A stretch of 64,000 bases of DNA from the human T2T-CHM13v2.0 reference genome, Homo sapiens. The notes beneath the pieces were generated by a model. The model had not been told where the DNA came from, did not search any database, and saw nothing but the letters and a program-made list of their open reading frames with translations. Position 1 is the stretch's first letter. Every line of letters starts with the position of its first letter. The position numbers were made by a program, and so were the translations under genes. This document shows positions 29,441-43,192 of the stretch, piece after piece. The stretch is taken from assembly GCF_009914755.1 (NCBI RefSeq), contig NC_060926.1. One strand, given 5' to 3'.

Positions 29441-30610
29441 AAGTGATGGATTGTTTGCATAGGAATCTTAAGCCACTGTAACAATCTAGGATTATTTCAT
29501 AAAATTCAGGTTTCCTAGTACAAACTCCTCTGACTTCTGAAGGAGGAGTGGTAATTTAAGCCTGCACATGAGATTAGCAACAAGCAACTCACATCTCCCT
29601 GATGTATGGAGGCCCTACCCACTGGCTGAAACAACTACCCTTTGTGTCCAGAAATTAGTTCTCCTGGTAATCAGATTCTTGAAGAACTTTTGAGCCCAAG
29701 GGAGAGGGGCAAGAAAGAAAATTCCCTTCACTTACAACATGTTTGGGCATTTCTATGAGGAAAACCCTAAGCCAATAAAGATGATAGCTAGGCTTTGCAA
29801 AAAAACAAACAAGCAAACAAACAAACAAAACCACAAAACTCCCACCTCTTTCCTCAGAAGAAATGACTTCTATGAAAGGGTTAGTTCTGAAGTGGTATTG
29901 TGCGTCGGATAGTAACAGAACACTGGACATGAAAGCCATGTCACCGTAAACGCACTGCCGGGAACATTCCCAACACACAGCATGGCGGCCTTCTCCCTGG
30001 CATGTCTCAGAGCACCGGAAACCCCAGATCAGAAACAGCTCTCACATATGGAAGCAGATGACCGGCTGATTATCTTGTAGCAATACTACTTCCTTTCATC
30101 CCAATTATGTGACCATCACTCAAGCAAAGCTTTGGCAATCTACAGACAAAACCCACTTTGCTGGTTGATGTACCAGTCATTAGGCAGGACTTCCAACTCC
30201 CCTGAGGAGGTACCTGGGCTAAGCCATTCCAACAACACTGTTTTGCCCTTTGCCCAATCATTGTATCTCATGGATACAGCATTCAGGAAAATGTAAAATT
30301 AAAGACCAGGTCGGCTAACTTAACTTCCTTGATACATTTTGTTAAGCTAATCAAAAAAGTACACCATAAATATCTCAGTAAATTACTGACAACCAAACTG
30401 AATAAAAATTAGACTGACATAAAATCTGAAGTGTAACAGAGAATCTGAAGAATTCTTTAACAGAAGTGTTCAGTTCATATAAGAGGTTAATTTTCTCAGT
30501 ATTGACCAAGAAGAACAATTTCTTTATATGCCAGTCATTCGTAGTAACAGCCGGCAATTCACCTTGAACAGTGGACCCAAATCACGACTTGTTACTTTGC
30601 TAATATTTTA

Positions 30611-31033
<423 letters not shown>

Positions 31034-31738
31034 TTAAAATCAGACCAATGGGGGCCTTGATCAAGGTACTTAAAGGCTTATCATGAATGTCATCAGCACA
31101 AACACCAGAGAGACATAACATACATGTTCCCCGAAGTGTGCTGAAATCTGTTAATGAAGTGATAGTGCAAATAAATACCGCTCACATTTGTCTAGTTACC
31201 ATTCACATTTAGTCCAAGTCTCCTAGTTCCTCGTTCCTATAATTCCAGAGATCCTACGAAAATTCATGAGATTGGTTTGCATAATGTGTATAACATGTAA
31301 TTGACAATACAAATTTATGAAACATTTTACCAAATATATACTATGTATAATATACATCTGAAGCAAGATTTATTTTAATCACATTATATTTACATATATA
31401 TTTATGTAAAATATAAAAATGTCTATGTCGTGAAAGAGCTTTGGATATATTTGGATTTGTATATTTTATGGATTAAATTATATCTTTAGACTTGATAACC
31501 TCCTGAAACAAGATGAGCCCTAGGGCTTGTCAATGTTGTATGAAAGCAACTGCATCATTCAAAGTTCTGCAGAACTTCCTCAGTCTTAGATGTTATTAGT
31601 CCCACGCCAGCATTCCAGAAAACAACTTCAGTGTTAGCGGTAATCACCACTAAATCACGCTGAAATTGGCCCAGGCTTGGATGAGACCCTTCCTTACAGC
31701 AGAAGCTCACAATCTTTCCTTGAGAAACAACGATTTTC

Positions 31739-31933
31739 TTTTTTTTATTATTATTATACTTTAAGTTCCAGGGTACATGTGCACAACATGCAGGTTTGTT
31801 ACATATGTATATGTGTGCCATGTTGGTATATTACATTAGATATATCTCCTAATGCTATCCCTCCCCGCTTCCCCGACCCCACGACAGGCCCCAGTGTGTG
31901 ATTTTCCCCATCCTGTTTCCAAGTGTTCTCATT
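31739..31933 (-). mobile_element. Short 5'-truncated L1PA 3' end with 18-bp TSD
   Basis: ttttattattattatactttaagttccagggtacatgtgcacaacatgcaggtttgttac...ccccagtgtgtgattttcccc...gttctcattg; flanked by tgagaaacaacgattttc (31721) and tgagaaagaatgattttc (31933). Confidence 0.93.
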
Positions 31934-32070
31934 GAGAAAGAATGATTTTCAAAGCTACATTACAAATTCACTTTTGTTGTAGAAATAATATATATACTAC
32001 AAAAAAATAGGTGGGTTAGGGGAGACATAGAGGCAAACTACCGCAGGCAAATACTCCATTTATGCAGAAC

Positions 32071-32195
32071 GAGATGTGTGGCCTCTCTCATTGGCCCATT
32101 ATTCTGCAGGGTGAGATGTGTGGCCTCTCTCACTGGCCCATTATTCTGCAGGGTGAGAGGTGTGGCCTCTCTCACTGGCCCATTATTCTGCAGGG
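32071..32195. repeat. Tandem repeat, 42-bp unit x3
   Basis: gagatgtgtggcctctctca(t/c)tggcccattattctgcagggt. Confidence 0.92.
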
Positions 32196-33189
32196 GGGCT
32201 CCTGCACACCTTGACTAGCTTGGCTTTGGATCTGGGGTAGTGAATGATCATTCAGTCATGACCCTGACCAGTGTGTACTATTTGGGCAACTCCTCTATTT
32301 TGGGTCATGGGCTATGCTGGAGTTCAGAGATGAGTGGCACAGATCTTCACACCAAGGCTTTATGCTCTAACAAGGGATTTAGACAAGTCACAAATACCAT
32401 TTTAGAACCTCTCACTCCTGTGTACACCATGCACCAAACACCTGGCATGTCATAGACACTCAATAGGCATTTGCGGAATGAAAGGATGAAGTGTGATAAA
32501 TCCCATAATGAAAACGTGCAGAGGGCTCTATGTCCTGTACACAGAGGGCAGGCATGCACGGGTGCTAGCAAGGCTTTCAGGAAGAGGTGAGGCTGCTGAT
32601 GAGCTTTCACAGATATGTAAAGGATGTCTGGGAGGGAAACAAAGCATTTCAATACATCCCAATTAAAACAATCTGCGAAAGACATGAACATATGTAAGAA
32701 CACCAGGGGCTCAGAAAACTAAAACAAAAGCAAACCCCAAAGGCTGGAGCATAGAGCGGGGCTGGGCCAGGAGGTGGAGGTCAGAGTGGAGAGTCCGGCG
32801 GGGTCCAATCAACTTCGTGGATGAATGATGGGACTCTGGATTTTGACCCAGGAAACAGGGAGTGATACGAGTTCTTTCAAGCACTCAATAATGCAATTAA
32901 AATGCATGTTGGATAGGTGCGAAGCGGAGGACAGAAGAGAGGAGGTGCAGGCTAGAGATGCGGGGAGCAGAAGACAGCCAGCGCCATGTTCAGGTGGGGA
33001 CTGGGATGAGAAAGTGAGCTGAGGAGGGTGCCCAGATCATGAGACAGATGAGAGAGGCCAGGAGGACCAAGGGCCGTGAGGGAGCTCCTTGGTACAGTCA
33101 GACCCTGGGTGAGAAGGTGCTGGGAGAGAGCGTGAGAGCAGGACACAGTGTGTGTGGACCAGGAGGAGCTTGCATTGCCCATGGCAGGT

Positions 33190-33390
33190 CTTGTTGGTCA
33201 ACTGACTTTGGACAGATGTTCAACCTTATACATTAACATCATCAGCTGTAAAGTCAGAAAAATGCTAATCTCACATGGCTGCATTAAGGATGAAATGAAA
33301 AAATATATATATATGTAAAGAGGTTAGTACTGAATCTGGCACCTGCTAGGTACTCCATGAATGATAGGAACTGCTGTGTAATAGTGATAA
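33190..33390. mobile_element. MIR fragment
   Basis: actttggacagatgttcaacc...catcagctgtaaag...gctgcattaaggatgaaatga...atgtaaagaggttag is MIR core-like. Confidence 0.55.
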
Positions 33391-33601
33391 TAACAAGAAA
33401 CTTTTGCTATTTTTTATTTTTATTCAGGTATCCAATTATCCAACAAACATGTCGCTCCTTAAAGTTTTGGAAACTAATGATTGTCCTGTTTGTTTCTTCT
33501 ATCAATACTTCTAAAACGATTTAGACCAATTGCACTAGCGAAAGGGAAGAGAAACAATTTTATGTTTCTTAGGAAGCCAGTTTTTCTTGATAGGTTGTGG
33601 T

Positions 33602-34078
33602 TTGTGGCCTGTTAGGAACTGGGCCACACAGCAGGAGGGGGCGGCAGGCAAGCGAGCGAAGCTTCTTCTGTATTTACAGCTGCTCCCTATTGCTCGCATG
33701 ACCACCTGAGCTCTGCCTCCTGTCAGATCAGCAGCCACATCAGATTCTCATGGGAGCTTGAACCCTACTGAGAACTGAGAACTGTGTATGTGAGGGATGT
33801 AGGTTGTGTGCTCCTTATGAGAATCTAATGCCTGATGATCTGTCACTGTCTCCCATCACACCCAGATGGGACCATCTAGTTGCAGAAAAACAAGCTCCCA
33901 CTGATTCTACATTATGGTGAGTTGTAAACTTATTTCATCATATATTACACTGTAGTAATAAAAATAAAGTGCACAAAAAATATAATGCACTTGAATTACA
34001 TCCTCTCCACCCCCAAACCATGGAAAAGCTGTCTTCCATGAAACTGGTCCCTGGTGCCAGAAAGGATGGGGACCGCTG
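33602..34078 (+). mobile_element. MER1A (hAT-Charlie non-autonomous DNA transposon), missing the 5' terminus
   Basis: gtggcctgttaggaactgggccacacagcaggag...gctccttatgagaatctaatgcctgatgatctg...gaaactggtccctggtgccagaaaggatggggaccgctg. Confidence 0.9.
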
Positions 34079-37000
34079 CCCAGGAAGACACAAGCATGGG
34101 GTAGGGGCAAGAGCTGAGGGACTTCATTGCCACCTTGCTGCGTGACTCAGGGAGTCCCTTCATCAATTTGGATGCCACTTTTTAAGTCTGTAAGATGAGG
34201 GCAGTTAGATGACTTCTAAGTCTCTATCAGCCCTGAAACACTAGGGTGAAACGTTATCATCCCTTAAAAACATAATAAGCAAAACAAGAATAACAATTTT
34301 AATCACCAGATAATTCAAGAAAAAAAATTCATCTATAGTCTACATAACATTTCAAATATGAAATAAACAGATTTCTGGGATTCCTTTTATATTTTCATTT
34401 GTGAGGGGATAATCTGAGATAATAATCTCAGAGCCAGCCACACCTTCATGCTGAATCACCACCGGACAACCTGTCAAGTCTAAGCCCAACACCAACCAAC
34501 CTCCTCGCAGGGCCACCTGTATCTGAGTAGACTTGTTCTGGTGGATACCTTCTGTGTTTGTTCAGTTAGCAGATAATAGATGCAGCTGTGCACGGATGGC
34601 TCCTCCAGAGCCTGCCCTTGGTGTCGCGGGTCATAATGACCGGAGCTTTTCCCAGCTTCCTTCTCCTTCATCAGTGCATCAATATGTTTGTCTGACACAG
34701 TCTGTTCTGCACTGAGGCCACCTGCACAGCACCATTCACTAAAACAGATAACTAGGCCCACCGTGACCATCTATGAGTCCCGATTGCTGGGAAGTGATGT
34801 CACCCCACTTGGCTTGGTGCTATTCAGTGAGGTGACTGGGGGTAAGGTGGGGCTCCTGTTTCATTTTCTCCCTGCTCATTCACACGCACAGCCGCCCTCC
34901 TTTTCAAGATGGCTCACTTGTTGTTCAGACTGTGCGATGTTGGCCCCATGAGGTTTAGAGGAGGGGAGTGGAGATTTTCCTTAGAATGGATGCTGCAGTT
35001 AGAAGTGAGCACAACTGGGCTTCACTCATGATCACCTGGGACAGCTGAGAGTTTGGAGGACAATGTATCCGGCTAGGAGGACGTTTGAGAGGATGGGGTC
35101 TGGGCCGTAGGGCATTGCTGTGGTGGGTGTCTGAGTCCCAACCTTGGAGAACATGTCTGGGCCATCGAGGCGTGGGAGGCGGGCTGCCTCCTGCTCACAT
35201 GTCCTCTGAACTCCCCTGCACCTGCAGCTGGCTGGCTCCCTTGCAGAGGGCCCGCCCACTTTCATTGCTTTTCCATCTCCTGGCAGCTGCCATGGCTCCT
35301 ACTCCATTAGAACTTGCTGGGCATGGGAAGGTAGTGGAGGAAGAGGGACAATAAATAAGCAAGAGTAGAAAAAAAATAGTTGATCAAGATAGTTGGAGAA
35401 GGTGAGTGTGTGTGGAAAGTCAAGTACACATGGAAAAGAAAAGTGAGGAGTTCATCTGGTCTCTGCCAGGACAATATTGGTATAATCCTATCAAGCAGGG
35501 TTTGGTTTAATATGTGAAACATTTCACAAACAGCCTGAGCGTATCCAGGGTGGTGATGTGTAGAGCACACCACACGACCAAGGGCGTGAGCTCCAGGCTT
35601 GGTGTTGTTAACACCTCTTTGAGCACCCGGACTCCGGCTGGGCCTTAGTTTACCTATCGATGTGATAGAAGCGTCGGCTGTTCCTTTACTCTCTAAAGCT
35701 TTACATGTTTTAAATTTCCTAAATGATTCCCTTCCCGTGGTGGGAACTTTCTGATGAAGTGTACGTTTCAGTACCTTCTAGTCTTCTATTTTCACTTGAA
35801 TTGGTTTTACTTTCCTATCCCTACATTTTGCAAGCTCTTGGATTCAGCGTAGCAACTTTTGGAATCATCTGGCGTCAAACTTCCAGTGCTTCCTGCCATT
35901 TGACATGGTTCATTGCTCACGATTTGCTCTCTATTTGTTAATGTAAAGCGTGAATACAGTCGTATCCCCAACTACAAACAAGTACCCTCTGTCCCTTCTC
36001 TCTCTGATCCATTCTCCTACTGCAGTTCCTGGTATCTACTTCCATGGTGGCAACACATTCAACCACCAGGCACATTCCATTACATCTGTGTTCAACTCCA
36101 CGTGGCTCGAGGCCCTGCTTAAATCAACACAGCCCTCTTGGTCTCCAAAGGTTTAGAATATTTCAAATGGAGGCCTTGGAAAGCAATTCTGGGACATGAG
36201 TTTGGGGAGTGTGTATCCTCCTGCCCTCGTATTCTGTGAACAGCGTGTCTGCTGATGGGGCGGTGATCTGGAAAGAGAGGAGGATGTGGGGGCACTGGTG
36301 GTGCCGCCCAGCAACACCAGTGAAGGGCTCAGCCCAGGACCTCAGCTCACCCTGTCAGTGCCTCAGAGATGCTGTGCACTCTGGTCACCTCCATGGCTCC
36401 GCAGCTGGCTACTGCAAACCTCTGAGGCACAAAGGCAGCCCTTTGTATTTGAACATCATTCTGCAAGACTGAGTTCAACATCCACAATGCACTGACAGAA
36501 TGATGTTTACTCACATATCCTCTCCTAGATTTATATCTCTTTTTATGATATAAATCTAAAAAGATATTTTTATATCTTTAGGATATTTTTAGGATGATGA
36601 TATTTTAAGATTCCAAAAATAATGCACTGTCTCTTTTTTCACACAGTTGAAACTTCAAAGAAGTCGTAAATATGATCACTAGTAAGATCACGGTAGCTCA
36701 ATAGTTCTCTGTTGACAAAATACCCCTCCCGTCATTTTTCCAGAGTGTGTCCATAACATGATTCTCAATGCAGAAGCAAGGCAGGGAAGCTAGCAGTGGC
36801 CACATCTCACAGAAAACCATGCTGTCTTATCCTTGGACTTCTCACAATTCAGCAGCAGCCAGCGACAGGAGTGGAAGTCCAAGACACTTTGGGTAGAGTG
36901 AAAAGGCAAACGCATGCTGGATTAGAAATGAGAAAACCTGGCCTTTCCATGTTTTCACCCTATTTAGGTTACGCAGGGTTACACATGGAGGCCTGGCATC

Positions 37001-37639
37001 CCGTCGCCCCCACCCCCTCCAAGCCAGCCTGGGCCATGCCTCCTGGGCCCATGCGGATGCCTCACGATGTCTTTTTGCTGTTGTAGCTTTCACAGTTCTT
37101 TTGTGGTTAACTCGGTGTCAACAACTTCCAGTTTTTTGCATCTGGTTATTCTAGAAACCAGTTGCTGGCCATGGCTTTCCCTCACAAACTCATACACATA
37201 CAACATTATGTAGTGCATTCTCGCACTTCCATGTCATGTATAAAGGTCTTTTATTGAATGTTTTGTTTATCCAATTTTAATATAAACAGGGATAAGGTCT
37301 CAAGTAACTGAAAACCAAACTTGGCAGCGTGTGCTCTGCTCCCAACTGCTGTTATCACCGCCGTGGAGAGAGGAACGAGGTGAGGGTGGGAAGTGTCCTG
37401 TGCGTGGGCCTCTCCCACCAGAGAGCGGGGCTCGGAACGTCAGGGTGATTGACCAGTCGGCTCAGAGGCCTGACAGTGATTCCCCACAACCACCTCTTTT
37501 AGAGATGGTATTTTTCTTGTATTGCTTGAATAGCCTCCATTGGGTCAATGTTAAAACACTTATTTTGGAATAATTTTTAACATATTTAAACTGCATTTGA
37601 ATATAATTCTGGAGCACCGGTTTTCAACCAGCTCAGTTA

Positions 37640-37830
37640 ATACCAGCACTGCTTAGAAAGTGCTTCCTGTGTGCTTGGCACTTTCTAAAATCTCTATATA
37701 CACAAATTCATTAAACCCTCTCGGTGACCCTGTGATGTAGATTCTGCTGTAATTCCTAACTTTGAGGGACAGAGATTTTTTGAGTCACTTGTGTAAAATC
37801 ACAGAGCTGAGTAACAGTGGAGGAGGTTTG
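37640..37830. mobile_element. MIR fragment
   Basis: ttcctgtgtgcttggcactttctaa...aattcattaaaccctc...gtcacttgtgtaaaatcacagagctgagtaacagtggag. Confidence 0.6.
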
Positions 37831-37999
37831 CAAACCCCTTCTCCATGTCCTGATTTTCTGATCTCTGAAGGGGGATATTAATCCAACCCTGTTTCTTATT
37901 GGGCCATGGTAAGGATCTCACTAAATAAGAATATCTATTTTTCCCTAATGCCTGTTACATAGTAAGAAGGTGCCACATAAATATGTGCTGAGTGAATAC

Positions 38000-39000
38000 A
38001 TTGCATGATTGATTTATTCCTTTATTTGGAAAGCATGTCACTGAGCAATACAGACCTACTCCCAACCTCATGGGACACCGAGACACAGTTACCCTGCCAG
38101 AGAGGACAGAGGAGGCTTCACAGGGGACCAAGATGGGTGTGGGACAGGGAGTGAGACTGAGACAGAGACACAGACACAGAGACACAGACAGTTACCCTGC
38201 CAGAGAGGACAGAGGAGGCTTCACAGGGGACCAAGATGGATGTGGGACAGGGAGGAGACTGAGACAGAGACACAGAGAGATGCAGAGAGACAGAGGGACC
38301 CAGAGGGCGAGTTCAGGGAGGCTGCATGGGCAGGAGGTGGTCAGAGGCTGGAGGTGTGAGGGTGCAGGCAGTCAGGGCCTCCCAGGTGCTGTTCCTCCTA
38401 GGAGCCGTGGGAGCTCCGGACAGTGTAGACAGTGGGATTACTTCTACACAGTTGACTCAAGCCTGCAAAACCATCACTGTGGCTGTGGTGTGAGAATGAG
38501 GTGGAGGAAAGGAGAGCTAGATGGTGGAAGGTCATTTAAGGAGCAATGTCAGGTCATAGGTTGGCCTGGGAAGGTACAGGTAGGACATGCAGGAGTGAGG
38601 TGAGGGGATACATGTGGGACGCGGCCTGGTTGCCAGCTCAGGTAACTGGCAGGTGGAGGTGTGTGCACTGGTACGGAAGACACGGGAGACTCAGGTCTTT
38701 GCTGGCTTGGTTTTGGTTGGGAACAGAGGCTTACAGGTGATTCTCTATAATCTCTTCTTTTTCAGATGCAGAAATACCATACTTCTCTGTGGTTGCTAAA
38801 TTTGAGGTGTCTCAGCTTAGGTGACCTCTAGAAGGGCTGAAGTGTTGGTTTGGGGCAGTCAGTGGGTGGATGTTGTAGACATGGTGGGGAAAGAGGCAGT
38901 TTCCTGGGAAGAGTGAGGGCTCCACCCTGAACCCTTAGGGACACAGGGGTTTGGGGACTGGGGAGGGAAGAAGGGGCCAGCAGAGGGGACAGAGATGAAG
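38000..39000 (-). mobile_element. Degraded L2 with an internal ~103-bp tandem duplication (38082-38290)
   Basis: attgatttattcctttattt...cactgagca start and purine-rich L2-like body; cagttaccctgccagagaggacagaggaggcttcacaggggaccaagatg occurs twice at a 103-bp offset. Confidence 0.55.
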
Positions 39001-40321
39001 AGGTCAGGGGATGGGTCCAGGGAGCATGAGGCTGGCCCAGGAGACACAACCCACAGACCCTCAGTCATATCCACAGGAAACAGAGAACATGGGCTAGCCC
39101 AGGAGACACAACCACAGACCTTCGGTCACATCCACAGGAAAGAGAGAAGGCTGGGGTCATCACCCAGATCTGAGTGGTCCATGAACAGCAACCAGAGCCA
39201 CGTAAATGTTAGTAATATCAGCACAAGGTCTGTGCACCTCACCAAGTCGCTCCAGGATCTGCCCCTGTTTAACCGCGGGAGATGTATTTACCTCAGCCTC
39301 AGTCTATCCATCTGTGAGATGAAGGGTAGTGCCCATGCTACACACTTAGGGCAGCACACGAAAAACAGTCCACATGAAACACCCAACGACTAGCAAGCGG
39401 GGGTGCTTCCCAAATCTGAGTTCTCCTTTTCTTATTTCCTTTCTCATGTCTTAAGAACAGTTGATATCCTTTCTCACCACTAGCCCTTTAAAGCGTTACT
39501 CTTATACGTTTCTAGAATACATAAAAGCACTTAAAAAGATGTCAGAAATAGTTGAAATCATTGAACTATGCAATTAAATAACTAGCATTTCCAACCAAAC
39601 GTATATACTAATAAAACCAATTCAGTTTTAACTACATACTTCCTTCCTTTTAAAATATTACATTAAATATATTTTAACATTTTTTAAAGTTATTTTTTCT
39701 CTGTATTGTTACAAAGGCATAGCTGATTTGAAAACTATGTATTTTCTTAAACTTGACAGACACGTTCTATACATGAAAAACATTCAACAAATAATTGTTT
39801 AAAATGTTTACTTGAACCTCTTAGGGAATTTAAAAATAATCTCAGTTTCTGGAATGCAGGGAGTTGTTTTTTTATCTTTTTAAAGTCACTTTAAATGATG
39901 TAGCCAGTTATTAAATATTTATTGTCTTGAATAGTAATTCAAGATTCAAATAAAGTTACAATAATCACTAAATTTAATCTCTTTCAATTCCAGAACACTA
40001 GTTCTTTTGAACTCAATAATGAGAGTAAAGGTACCTCTCGGGCTTTGACCATTTGTCAATGCATGTGGACGCGCATCTTGGAGGTAGATAAAGTGCAAAT
40101 GGGAGGCTCGCATGCACGTTTTCCAAACCAGCTTTCCAGGAGACGTGGTTCTCCGACAGCTGGGATTGTTTCTTATATGTCTATTTTTTCTTCTTGGAAT
40201 TCCAGTTCCCAATTCCCAAGTGTGCCTCTGTTCCTTTAAAGCTGAAAGACTTGAACTAATGCGAACCCTTGTGTGCCACGGCACACCACCCCCAGCCATC
40301 AGCACCAACAATGCTCCTTTG

Positions 40322-41078
40322 TCCTCCTTCCTTCCTTTCTTCCTTCCCTTCCCTCCTTCCTTCCCTCCCTCCCTCCCCCTTCCTCCCTCTCTCCCTCCCT
40401 CCTTCTCTTCCCTCCCTCCCTCCCCCTTCCTCCCTCTCTCCCTCCCTCCTTCTCTTCCCTCCCTCCCTCCCCCTTCCTCCCTCTCTCCCTCCCTCCTTCT
40501 CTTCCCTCCCTCCCTCCCCCTTCCTCCCTCTCTCCCTCCCTCCTTCTCTTCCCTCCCTCCCTCCCCCTTCCTCCCTCTCTCCCTCCCTCCTTCTCTTCCC
40601 TCCCTCCCTCCCCCTTCCTCCCTCTCTCCCTCCCTCCTTCTCTTCCCTCCCTCCCTCTTCCTCCCTCTCTCCCTCCCTCCTTCTCTTCCCTCCCTCCCTT
40701 TCTTTCCTTCCCTCCTTCCTTTCCTTCCCTTCTTTCCCTCCTTCCTTCCTTTCCCTTCCTTCCCTTCCCTCCTTCCTTCCCTTCCCTCCCTTCCCTCCTT
40801 CCCTCCCTTCCCTCCTTTCCTCCCTTCCCTCCTTCTCTCCCTCCCTCCCTTCCTCTCTCCCTCCCTCCTTCCCTTACCTTTGCCTTCCCTTACCTCCTTC
40901 TTTCCCTTCCCTCCTTCCTTCCCTTCCCTCCTTCTTTCCCTTCCTCTCCCTTCCTTCCCTTCCCTCCTTCCTTCCCTTCCCTCCTTCCTCCCTCCCTCCC
41001 TCCCTCCTTCCTTCCTTTCTCTTTCTTTCTTTTCTTTTCTTTTCCTTCCTTCCTTCCTTCCTCTTTCCTCTTTCCTTC
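40322..41078. repeat. ~750-bp polypyrimidine/polypurine tract (CCCT/CCTT), including ~7 copies of a 47-bp unit
   Basis: Almost only C/T on the + strand; ccttctcttc recurs at 40401, 40448, 40495 and onward. Confidence 0.97.
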
Positions 41079-41084
41079 CACCCA

Positions 41085-41297
41085 CCTCCACAGGCTCAGG
41101 TGATCCTCTCACCTCAGCCTACAGAGTAGCTAGGACCACAGGGATATACTACCAAGCTCAGCTAATTTTTGTATTTTTTGTAGAGATGGAGTTTTGCCAT
41201 GTTGCCTAGGCTGGTCTTGAACTCCTGGGCTCAAGTGATCCATCTGCCTTGGCCTCCCAAAGTGCTGGTATTACAGGCATGGGCCACCACGCCCAGC
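41085..41297 (-). mobile_element. AluJ-type, 3' part missing or replaced by the pyrimidine tract
   Basis: ggctcaggtgatcctctcacctcagcc...taatttttgtattttttgtagagatgg...actcctgggctcaagtgatcc...caccacgcccagc. Confidence 0.88.
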
Positions 41298-42818
41298 GTC
41301 TACTTAATTTTTAAGAAGTTAAACTATTTGGTCACCCCTTTGCTGTAGCATGTGAGATTCCACTGCGTGTCCACAGTCACCCTTCACAACTGTTGCCCAT
41401 TTTCCATCATTCTCATCCCACAGCTCTATGCTCATTTATGATTCTTCTTGCTGGAATTTTCTCTCCTACTGATCCTTTAAGACCCATCTCAAGTTCCCCC
41501 TTCTCCATCATGTCATTCCTGCTCATCCTGGAATTCAGGGTCATGTGTTGTTAGCAACTCTGTGTCGCTAGACATTTACCATCTAAGTGTCAACCACCTC
41601 GCGTTGCTCTTGATTTTCCATGTGTGCTTATCTTATTGTCTCAATTTAGCTGTTTTCTTTTTGGTTTTAGAGGCTTTGCCATCTAATTAATTATTCCAAG
41701 TCCCATTGTGCGAAGCAAAGGGGTGGGTGTTCAGTACCTCTGTTTCCACGGACTGAGTGGATTGACTGGTCTGCCAGTGCTTCGGTGTGTTTCTATCAGC
41801 ATCTGCTTTTCACGAAATCATACTGCCTCTTTTCTGCCAAAACAGAACTCACCACCCTTGCCACTTGCAAGACTAGAATGTTGATAATGTTACCACAGAA
41901 GTATTCTAACCACCTACCTCATGGCAGTGAGATTGGCCAACTAAGCTGCTGTATGAATATATTCAGGTTACCAGGGTGCTCTTTAAGTGATGTTCCATTT
42001 TAGTGAAAAACCTGAGAAGGTTGACGGGGCTCCCTGGAGTGTCCAGTTTGCTACAAGCTAGTGAGTGGGACTCTACTTACTAGTGCAACACCCTCAGGAC
42101 AGGAGAAATCTGGTGGAGGGAGAAAGCTTGAAAATCACTTAATCCATCTTTTCACCTAGAAAATAAAGTGGCATGCACAAAGTCAAAGCCTCAGGTTGTA
42201 CAGAGCTAGACGTTCCACCCTCTAAGCAAGCACCTCCCCTGCCAGGCCAACACAAACGCTGAAGTCACCGTGAGTCAGAAAACATACGGCAAACGCGAGG
42301 CTGCGTAGCCACTGCTGCTGGCACTCACTGCCCGTTAGATGCTCCAGCCATGGCCACTGCCCATTTGACGCCCCAGCCACAGTCACGTAGAATAACGTGT
42401 CCAGAGAGGATATTGCCGAAAACAAACACCACACGTGCAGTCAGTCCATCCCAATGACATTTTCAGTGTTGTCTTTGTGACCATGCATACGTCCACACCA
42501 GTGCTCTACATCAGGAAGGTGCTAGGACACACTGAACGTCAGCACAGCAGCACAGACGATGGGCCTGCATTTAGTGCAGTTGTGAAGAGATTCTCTGCTT
42601 GGTGTGCTGTGTTCACAGCAACCACCGGGACAACATCAGCAGCAAGTGGCTGTTCCACTTTCCACTGTCAGGGGTCCTCAAAGACTCATGGGATAGCACT
42701 GGTGCCATTCTCTTTTCCAGGGACCCCTGAAGTTACAGCAGTACTACCACCTTGAATGATAGTAATTACAATTGATTTGAAAAAGTGAGAAACAAGCTTT
42801 ATAAAAATGTATGATTCT

Positions 42819-43192
42819 GGCTGAGTGCAGTGGCTCACTCCTGTAATCCCAGCACTTTGGGAGGCCGAGATGGGTGGATCACCTGAGGTCAGATGTTTGA
42901 GACCAGCCAGGCCAAACATGGTGAAACCCTGTCTCTACTTAATAAAAAAAGAAAGAAAGAAAGAGAAAGTGAGAGAGAGAAAGAGAAAAAGAGAGAGAGA
43001 GAAAGAAAGAAAAGAAAGAAAGAAAGAAAGAAAAAAAGTTAGCCGGGCGTCGTGGCATGCACCTGTAATCCCAGCTACTCAGGAGGCTGAGGCAGGAGAA
43101 TCTCTTGAACCCAGGAGGCAGAGCCAAGATCAAGCCACTGCACACTCCAGCTTGGGCAACAGACAGAGAGTCCATCTCAAAAAAAAAAAAAA
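42819..43192 (+). mobile_element. Alu with the central linker expanded into a GAAA/GA microsatellite
   Basis: Left arm 42819-42938, ~100 bp of A/G repeat, right arm and A-tail; flanked by tatgattct. Confidence 0.93.

Noticed and set aside
34480-35265. Short sense-strand ORFs, one with a hydrophobic N-terminus (MVTVGLVICFSEW...)
   Set aside because: No domain, no convincing splice or promoter context, and lengths within chance expectation.
38975-38992. CTCF-like ggccagcagaggggacag
   Set aside because: Mismatch at the conserved GGC position and lies within an L2-like remnant; unsupportable without ChIP data.
39946-41209. Long ORFs (up to 388 aa) rich in G/R/E/K or P/S/L/F
   Set aside because: Artefact of the near C/T-only tract, which has almost no capacity to form stop codons on either strand.
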